Of a stretch of DNA of 64,000 nt, positions 18,108-25,649 are shown piece by piece; position 1 is the stretch's first letter, and every line of letters starts with the position of its first letter. Both the position numbers and the translations under genes were made by a program. The notes beneath the pieces were generated by a model. The model saw only the letters and a list, made by a program, of their open reading frames with translations. It made no database searches and was not told where the DNA came from. This stretch comes from an uncultured virus (IMG/VR IMGVR_UViG_3300028586_000785) (Duplodnaviria; Heunggongvirae; Uroviricota; Caudoviricetes): the IMG/VR virus record IMGVR_UViG_3300028586_000785. One strand, 5' to 3'.

Positions 18108-18733
18108 GAGAGCCTCCCAAGCGAAGACTCATCATGGCTCCCTGACAGGCTCACCACGAGAGATGCATCGATGTCCTCGGCAAGGCACATCTGAACGAAC
18201 GACCACGGCATTTGAACCGAACCCGCTAAAACATATTCAAACGCCCGTGAGACCTCATCTGCGCTCAGTACCGACACGTCCGCCTCCGAGTACCCACACA
18301 GGAGCGCCATAGCCTCTAACGCCGTCACACCGCTGTAGCGTGCTGCCGCCTCACGCTTACGCTGATAGACCAGACTTTCTTCTCCGGTGACCGACAAGCT
18401 GCTGTCATGCCCAGTGCTTTCCATGACACGATGAGAGATAGCCCGCTCCGGAGTCTCCGCATCGGTACGAAGCATAGTCGCTACGTCATAGACATCAGCA
18501 AGCTTTTTCTGCCGGGTGCTGTCAGAAACATCCATCGGGAAGAGATAACCGTAGCGCGGGGATCGAACCACAGCGACTCTAATAATCGGAAGTTCTAGCT
18601 GTGCCTCATTCGTATGAGGGTTCAGCAAATGCTCCACGTACCGGTTCCTCATTCCCTGAACCGACTTCACTACCGTGAGCGTTGCGTCATACACATCCGG
18701 GGTCATCTGTTCGACCTGCGCACTGTCGCTCAT
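18104..18733 (-). CDS. Paralog-array family protein (copy 24)
   Basis: GYSEADVSVL...MPWSFV...DIDASLVVSL. Confidence 0.8.
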   Translation of the reverse strand: MSDSAQVEQMTPDVYDATLTVVKSVQGMRNRYVEHLLNPHTNEAQLELPIIRVAVVRSPRYGYLFPMDVSDSTRQKKLADVYDVATMLRTDAETPERAISHRVMESTGHDSSLSVTGEESLVYQRKREAAARYSGVTALEAMALLCGYSEADVSVLSADEVSRAFEYVLAGSVQMPWSFVQMCLAEDIDASLVVSLSGSHDESSLGRLS

Positions 18734-19332
18734 AGCAGAGCCATCGCAAGAAGACCGTCACGGCTGTTCAGCAAGCTGGTGAACAAAGACGGGTCGATAT
18801 CTGCCTTCACGCACTCGACTAGATATGACCACGGCAACTGCGCCTCGAACTTCACGCAGAGCGAGAACGCTGCCAGCACCTCGTCATGACTGAGGGACGT
18901 GACTTCCTTCACCGAGTACCCGCACATGAGAGCCAGAGCCTGCAAGGACGCAATACCGTAGAACGACGATGCTGCCGCTTCGAGCTTCGTATCGAAGACC
19001 TCTTCGTCTTCACCTGTGTACTCGTGTGGCAGACCTTCTAGCGTCTCACCCGCCGCGCGCTCTACGTCAGTCATCAGACAAGTACCCACGGTGTACGCAT
19101 CGTGAAGCATTTCCAGTCGCTCTTCCTCGGAAGCGAAAGCAGGGAAGAGCACCCGCTGCAAGATCGTGAGGGATGAGTAATGTTCGATGGAGTGCTCTCG
19201 CTTCTCCTTCGAATGGTTCCGAGCTAGCGCAAGGTGAACGGTGGCATTCCTGTTGCGCTGGAAGTTCAGCAACGCAGAGCGAGCTTCAAGCTCGTACATC
19301 TCAGATTCGTTGCGCGCGGTAGGAAGAGTCAT
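18730..19332 (-). CDS. Paralog-array family protein (copy 25)
   Basis: GYSVKEVTSL...LPWSYL...DIDPSLFTSLL. Confidence 0.8.
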   Translation of the reverse strand: MTLPTARNESEMYELEARSALLNFQRNRNATVHLALARNHSKEKREHSIEHYSSLTILQRVLFPAFASEEERLEMLHDAYTVGTCLMTDVERAAGETLEGLPHEYTGEDEEVFDTKLEAAASSFYGIASLQALALMCGYSVKEVTSLSHDEVLAAFSLCVKFEAQLPWSYLVECVKADIDPSLFTSLLNSRDGLLAMALL

Positions 19333-19409
19333 CCTTCAATCCTTTCACACAAACACGCTCAAAGCAAATCGATAACCTCAGCCGGTGGTTGTCATCCTTC
19401 GCTGAGGCT

Positions 19410-20042
19410 TCACCTTGATGCAGCTAGGAGCCTGTGACTGCCTCCGAGAAAGTCACTGAGCAACGACGGGTCGATGTCTGCCTTCATGCATTCCATCAGA
19501 CCGGTGAATGACAACTGCGTGTCGAACAACTCTTCCCGGAACTTCGCCACGAATGCACACGCCGCTGCAACCTCGTCAGCATCCAACGACGTGACTTCCT
19601 CAACCGAGTACCCACACATGAGCGCCAGAGCCTGTAGTGAGGCGACACCCTCGAACGATGTCATCGCCGCTTTGACCTTGGATTCCAAGACCGCTTTGCT
19701 CTCCCCTGTGTATTCGTACAACTGACCTGACACGTTGTCAGTGGCACGCTCAACGTCAGTCATGAGACTCGTCCCCACTATGTACGCCTCACGAAGAATT
19801 TCCTCCCGCTCAGCCTCTTTGATGAACACGGAGAAAAGCGCTCCCTGCAAAGTGGTCACTTCCGAGTAATGGTTCACAGAACTCATCACGTCCACTGCCG
19901 AGCTATTGATGAGCAGCCTGAAATGAACGGTGATGTTTCTCTTACTCTGGAACGACCGCAGACCGTGCCGAATATTGGACGCGCGGATCTTAGCCTTGTC
20001 CTTAGCTTTCGCCTTGGCATCACTCCGCGAGGTAGTCGTCAT
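19410..20042 (-). CDS. Paralog-array family protein (copy 26)
   Basis: GYSVEEVTSL...DIDPSLLSDFL; start refined to MTTTSR because its upstream region duplicates that of copy 25. Confidence 0.8.
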   Translation of the reverse strand: MTTTSRSDAKAKAKDKAKIRASNIRHGLRSFQSKRNITVHFRLLINSSAVDVMSSVNHYSEVTTLQGALFSVFIKEAEREEILREAYIVGTSLMTDVERATDNVSGQLYEYTGESKAVLESKVKAAMTSFEGVASLQALALMCGYSVEEVTSLDADEVAAACAFVAKFREELFDTQLSFTGLMECMKADIDPSLLSDFLGGSHRLLAASR

Positions 20043-20392
20043 CCTTCCATGCTTCCACACAAACACCCTCGAAGCAAATCGACACTCACCACCATCACAT
20101 GACCTCGCTTCGCTCATCACGTGACTCAGCCCCAAGCAGAGGCTCACCGAGGTGACATGAGATAGAGCTACTCCTGCGATAGCCGATTACTGCGACAGCC
20201 ATCCATGCCGAAGAACAACAGGAGACCGAAGAGGATACTGCCGCACCATCGCCGTGCTCTCACGACTCGCCGCGTTTGCCGGATACCGATGACGATAACC
20301 ACCCTCTACGTTACATAACCGCTTAGCATAATCACCTGAAGAACCACCCGCCTGTACACACCCCACATGATGCCCTGCTGACACCACCCGGA

Positions 20393-20426
20393 ACCCTCCG
20401 GCACCCTCCGGCACCCTCCGGCACCC
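20393..20426. repeat. 10-bp tandem repeat (ACCCTCCGGC x ~3.4)
   Basis: Read directly from the sequence. Confidence 0.85.
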
Positions 20427-21980
20427 CCTCCCGCTCTCTCCCCGACCGACGCTCAATTGTCAACCGTGTTCACAGACATCCACCCACCACGATGGCTTTC
20501 TCACCCACAGCACTTCATCACCCCGAGCGCCTCCACCCTTCATCGCTGCACCACTTCCTCCACCCCGCGACCTCAGTCACCTACACCGAGATCCCTCCAC
20601 AGTCAAATCCTTTGTCGATACCCCACAACCCCCTTAGAGGATTCACACAACCCGCACTGCCCCAAACGCAAATTCCGCCGACACCAGTTCACGTCACTTA
20701 TCCGCACACACCGCGAGCGCCTCCACCCCGACCGACGACCCAGCCCCTCATCACTCACGACCGCACCCCACTGCCCTGACCCGCATCTCAAACCCAACCC
20801 GCGCCAGCACCCCATCCCCGAATCTGATCCACACCTCACGCCACGAGTCAAGCCCCCGCTCATGCCAGCCGTCCCGACCCCCGCCCCGCCGCCGCGCGAC
20901 CGATGCCACATCCAACAATGAAGCTATCTTCTTTCACCGTACTTTCTCACCTGATGGTAAGTGTCAACGAGCATCAATAAGAAAGACGGTTCACCAACAC
21001 TCAGTCTTCACACTCATAGGAGAACAACCAATGAGAGAAGACACGTATCACCAGATACGGGAACAAGGTCAAGGAGTCGTTTGTAGGTATCGAACAACAA
21101 CCATCACGGGCAGTTAGAGACTACCTACAAACACGTATCTGTACACCTACCAGAACCATCACAGAACCACCATCAGGAACAACCAATAATCACTCACACA
21201 GACACACTCAGTAAGAGAACAATCTGGTACAGAAAGACGAGACAACAGACAGAGGATCAGGAACACAAACAAGCAGGAACGAAGTAGCAGGATAGGCAGT
21301 GAGATAAGGAACTGAGGGAACAAGAAAACAGGGTGAGAGGATGAACTGTGATGATGACAGAAACACGTACACATACGTCTTCGGAGGAAAGGACATGAGT
21401 GGGATAACCAGATGGGTTTCCTACCGATACCAAATAGCGGCTTCGCCACTATCAGGTATCTAAGCCTAAGGGACAGTGAGCATCAAGTAGCACTCCGTAC
21501 TACCTGATACTCAGGGAGGGGGAACACGTCACTGTTGTGCAGAGTGAACGAACAGATAGATAACGAGCAAGGGGAGTCTACGAAAGAGGGTTGTACAAAC
21601 ACGACAGGTGAAACCAGGATAGATAAGTGAGAGAAAGGAGATGGTGACAATAGGAACCAGTACGAGTCAATCAGAAGGGGATTGACGGGAACTATGAACG
21701 CGAAGCGGTGAGAGACAGGGACAGGGTGTTAAACCCGGAAGGAGATAAGAGTGAGTAGCGTAAGCGCAGGGACGTGAGAGTTACGTAGAGTGAAGGCAGG
21801 TGTGTTAGCTGCGTCAGAGTTGTTACGTGAGAGACAGTAGAGCGAAGACTAGTTGATGGAAAGGAACTTGCGAGTGACATCAATTAGTCGTAGCGACAGA
21901 CACTGAGGTTTAGAGTCGGGTACCTTTCACGACCTATAGCCGATATAGATACTGATGGTCTATGTGTGCAGCACACTATG

Positions 21981-22021
21981 GAAGGTTACTTAGTGCGAGG
22001 TACGAGTGCTAAGTAACCTTC
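21981..22021 (+). repeat. 13-bp perfect inverted repeat with a GA-mismatch apex
   Basis: GAAGGTTACTTAG / CTAAGTAACCTTC around TG-CGAG-GTA-CGAG-TG. Confidence 0.85.
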
Positions 22022-22179
22022 GTAAAGATGGAAGAACGGAACGGAGTACAAATGCATCGAGTAAATGACATCTGAACGAAGTGGAGTAAGACGAGCTTGC
22101 GAGGATTACGGAACGGAGAGAAGATAAAGTCATTTACGAGAGTGCGCATTTGTATGGAGTGTAGAGATGGAATCTTTAC
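22022..22179 (+). repeat. ~158-nt interrupted inverted repeat
   Basis: Nested stems GTAAAGAT/ATCTTTAC, TACAAATGC/GCATTTGTA, GTAAATGAC/GTCATTTAC and GTAA/TTAC, separated mainly by GGA/GGA and GA/GA. Confidence 0.8.
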
Positions 22180-22548
22180 ATAAGGTGCGGTGACAAGATG
22201 GGGCTATCTATCAGAATAGGGGTCCGAGTGGGTTGTTGATAGGCATTGAATAGGGATAGGAAAAGAACAGGGTACACAAGAAGGTTGAAGATACAGGGGA
22301 GTAGGCGGGGGTAGGGTACAGAGAAACTTGACAGAACGTAAACCAGTTGACAGCAAACAGGTATCACACGAACAATCTACAAGCAACAAAGAGCTTTGAC
22401 AGGTCGAACGTAAATAGGCGGAAAAGAAATACCCGTAAAATCAAAACGGATACCGTTTCCTCCATACCCCTGGAACACGATCAATTAAACCCGAATTCTT
22501 TTCCGGTGATTAAACCCCCACGCAGAACCACCAACAAGGGTGCAACAG

Positions 22549-23511
22549 TTACGGAGAAACACCAGGAAAACCGTCTGGTGAAAACACAGGAACGTCACTC
22601 AACAACTCAGTCCAATGTTCACGCAAAGGGAACACCGTAGCTGCCAAAGGTACATCGATATCATTCGACACAATCTGCACAGCCGACGACAAAGTAAAAC
22701 CCATAGCCCAATGACGGACCACCTCAATAGGGTCAACCCTAGCTGACATCAGCGAAGTAATCTCAGCGCGGTCACACATCGTCAAAGCAGAAATAGCCAA
22801 CCACAGAGGAACATCTTCCACCACACCATTGACCTCAGTGCAGAGATCCTGATACAGCGAAACGATGTCATAGGAGAGAGCGTCATAGACATTCGACGTA
22901 GGCTCATCCTCCCACACAGCGGTGGCGTACAAGTTGAACACGTAACGCATACGACGAGCAGCAGAGACATCAAGACCAAGATGACTGACAGCCAGAGCAA
23001 GAAGAGGCACCCCCGAAGTGACACCCCATCTATCTCTAAAGGCAAGAGCATCAGACACCTCATGAGACAACCCGAGAGCCAGACCCGCATTCAATTCAGC
23101 GACATGAGTGGTGTCTTCATCGTCGCTGAGTTCGACATCTCTGCTACTGACGAAGCGCAACCAATCGTCGAAAAAGAACGGTGTTGAAGCACGTCTACTA
23201 CGACCATTTTCACTCCACAGAACACCCGGAGAATGAGACCCAAAATCGATCACTCTGGTGCTGTTGAACCACCTCTCAGAAAGGCGCAAAAGGGTGCTCG
23301 GGGAATGCTCCAACAGAGACATAAACGGACCCAGAGAATAGCCCTCGGGAAGCTTACCGGCACCCACCTGAGAACGCCGTAGACAGCCCCTCACGCCAGA
23401 CTTGCTGAAAGGCTTCGTAAGCTCAGGGTGATAAGTCTTGATGTGCCTGGAGGCAAGATCGGCAGACGGAAAGACGGCATGATGCTTCGTCTCCACAGGG
23501 AACATCGCCAT
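22549..23511 (-). CDS. Hypothetical protein with a NUMOD1-like HTH N-terminus and the array-family C-terminal motif
   Basis: VFPSADLASRHI...SKSGVRGCLRR; C-terminal NDIDVPLAATV; GGAGG RBS before MAMFP (the ORF track starts it at 23553). Confidence 0.65.
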   Translation of the reverse strand: MAMFPVETKHHAVFPSADLASRHIKTYHPELTKPFSKSGVRGCLRRSQVGAGKLPEGYSLGPFMSLLEHSPSTLLRLSERWFNSTRVIDFGSHSPGVLWSENGRSRRASTPFFFDDWLRFVSSRDVELSDDEDTTHVAELNAGLALGLSHEVSDALAFRDRWGVTSGVPLLALAVSHLGLDVSAARRMRYVFNLYATAVWEDEPTSNVYDALSYDIVSLYQDLCTEVNGVVEDVPLWLAISALTMCDRAEITSLMSARVDPIEVVRHWAMGFTLSSAVQIVSNDIDVPLAATVFPLREHWTELLSDVPVFSPDGFPGVSP

Positions 23512-24326
23512 CACAATACCTCCGTCTGCATCATGTGGGGACGCATCCTCCACGCACTTGTTTCAATCGACTTCATACTAATCGAAGTACGCCGCATAGT
23601 CAAACTAAGAAGCTCCACTCACATCTTTGACACATCGGAAGAGAGCGGTGAGGGTTCCGTCATGCTCTCGACAGGGTTCCACTGCAACACCAAAACCGTC
23701 TTCCTTTGTTCATAGAGCAGTACCTGGGTCACCTACATGAGACCAACTTGGAAGACGCATGACACAGAAGAACGACCATTGAGACTCATCTTTACGACCT
23801 CCTATAGACGGTCTAAAGAGAGTGCTGAGGCATCCATAGGTCACCGCCGCAGAATCGAGTAAGCACTCAAAAGCTCCGTGAGGCGTTTGGGTGGGACACA
23901 CTACAACGAGTGCGGAGATGTCTTGCAAGTCAGTCAGACGGTCTCCTGCGGCTTTGTAGGATACCTACTACGCTTGTTCAGTTCTGTTGTGTGATACCTA
24001 CAAAGAGCACTTTGGCGCGAATACAGAGAGATGATGGAAACGGCATTATGCACCTCCTGGGTTGTGTCGAAAGAACATCACAGCACCTCAAATAGGACTG
24101 ATATTTTACTTTGGTAAACGCTCTCAAAGGTGCTCTGAAAGCAGTTGCGCTTACCTATTGTCTCGCCTGATGAAACACCCGCAGAGTCTCCGATGACGTA
24201 ATGCCAAGCACACTCGTAGCAAAGCTTCTTCATGGACACATGACCAGTGAACGCGAACTCAGCCCAGAGTCACCCCCTGCCGCTAGAATAGGTACACAAG
24301 AAACAACGAGAGACGTAGGACAAAAA

Positions 24327-25307
24327 GTGGCAGTCAGCAATACACGAAACTCACGAGCAGTACCTTGTAACTGGAAGTACCCCAACTGCGGCAACACGAC
24401 CCGTGACAACTCTGGCTACTGCGACAGACACCGTACCCTCACATCTCGAATCTCGGGAGAAGACCTGCGCTATGCAGGCGGCGAAACGATGGTTGGTAAC
24501 CGTTCGAAGTACGTCGTAAATGGAAGCAAGAGAGACAACATCTACAAGATGAATGCCGCTCTTTTGGAGTCCTACCCAGTCATCACTATCAACGAAACTC
24601 CTTCCGGAGAGTACCGTGCGGTCATCCAGAACCTCACCAGAACCGAGGTAGCAGCCCGTGGAATCACTCTCACCGAGCACCACAAAGAGGGCGCTGTGAA
24701 CGCTGTAGCGGTCACCAGAGAGTCTAAGGACGATGCCCTCTACGAGTCCACAGCCATTGTTGCAGACCTCTGGGCAACCCGTCTAGAGGGTGTAGCAAGC
24801 ATCGATGACGACGCTATTGACACCTACGACTCCTATGTAGAAGCCATCGCATATGCCCGAGACTGGGCAAAAGAGATTGCCGAAGTCGAAGACAATAAGG
24901 GTGCAGAGCACACCGGAAGAAGCATCTCGTTCTCTCAGGACCGCCGCACCAAGCAGCTTGTAATCAAAATCTACCACCAGCCAAAGAACAATCCTGATGG
25001 CTATGTAGAGTATGACCACGTGAGTTTTGACAACCAGATCAAGTCCATCAAGCACCCTGATGGGTCCGAGTCATTCCTCCCACACATGCGAATTGACCCT
25101 AAGCGCTCATACAGAGTGAAGGTAGATCCAGACACTCACGAACCCAAAAGACACCTCGGTAAGGACTGGGAACCAGTCACGCTAGGTCTTCTTTCGAAGG
25201 TTTCTAAGCTCGTGGCAGAGAGCAACAAGTTCGGAGTATCGTCCGAAGATGGTCGCCTGAGGCTTCCTACCGGATGGGAAATCCGCTCGAAAAACGCCGA
25301 GTCATAG
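24327..25307 (+). CDS. Hypothetical protein with an N-terminal CCCH motif
   Basis: CNWKYPNCGNTTRDNSGYCDRH; GTG at 24327 with an AGGA RBS and TAGAAT -10 (the ORF track starts it at 24201). Confidence 0.7.
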   Translation: MAVSNTRNSRAVPCNWKYPNCGNTTRDNSGYCDRHRTLTSRISGEDLRYAGGETMVGNRSKYVVNGSKRDNIYKMNAALLESYPVITINETPSGEYRAVIQNLTRTEVAARGITLTEHHKEGAVNAVAVTRESKDDALYESTAIVADLWATRLEGVASIDDDAIDTYDSYVEAIAYARDWAKEIAEVEDNKGAEHTGRSISFSQDRRTKQLVIKIYHQPKNNPDGYVEYDHVSFDNQIKSIKHPDGSESFLPHMRIDPKRSYRVKVDPDTHEPKRHLGKDWEPVTLGLLSKVSKLVAESNKFGVSSEDGRLRLPTGWEIRSKNAES

Positions 25308-25649
25308 AGCGGCGAGATCCTCAAATAGCAGGGAGGTAAGACCTACAGAATTGTGGGCTTGCCTCCCTACTTCTTTGGTGGAGTACTTTCCCTCACTCAT
25401 GGAGATGACCGAATAGCCCAGTAGCGCACCATCATGAGAGAACTCACAAGAGCCTACCAACTCACTTCTCAGGGTTACGACAGAGAAAGTCATTGGTACA
25501 GAGGCATCAGGAATGAGCAAGAAACCCCTCTTTTTGGCACCCGTTAAGACGTGCTCCACAGATGCTAGTCTCCTGATGGGAGCCTCCCTATGAATGCGAG
25601 GAGTCTTACTAGACTTGCGATAGAGACCAATATCGATGGGCTTAGTCAT
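25302..25649 (-). CDS. Hypothetical protein
   Basis: 115 aa ORF overlapping the primase stop. Confidence 0.55.
   Translation of the reverse strand: MTKPIDIGLYRKSSKTPRIHREAPIRRLASVEHVLTGAKKRGFLLIPDASVPMTFSVVTLRSELVGSCEFSHDGALLGYSVISMSEGKYSTKEVGRQAHNSVGLTSLLFEDLAAL

Larger units (their letters stand above)
20150..22548. other. Large non-coding region, candidate replication origin or control region
   Basis: No credible ORF; + strand changes from C-rich to A-rich to G/A-rich; dense hairpin cluster. Confidence 0.55.

Noticed and set aside
719..20042. Diversity-generating retroelement or integron-like cassette array as the cause of the paralog diversity
   Set aside because: No reverse transcriptase or integrase in the window, no template/variable repeat pair with A-specific differences seen, and the genes overlap with no room for attC-like sites.
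20393..21370. CRISPR array or classical iterons
   Set aside because: The repeats are only 6-10 bp, without regular unique spacers or regular spacing, and no cas operon is present.
20187..22640. ORF-track ORFs inside the non-coding region (e.g. 20457-20921, 20603-20911, 21159-21449, 22347-22640)
   Set aside because: Low-complexity translations that mirror the strand bias, with no convincing RBS or motifs.
23560..23680. tmRNA-like 5' end (TCGACTTC...ATCGAA)
   Set aside because: No GGGG 5' acceptor stem, T-arm or CCA end found; probably chance.
24167..24200. Hammerhead ribozyme core (CTGATGA)
   Set aside because: No correctly placed stem II and GAAA follow it.
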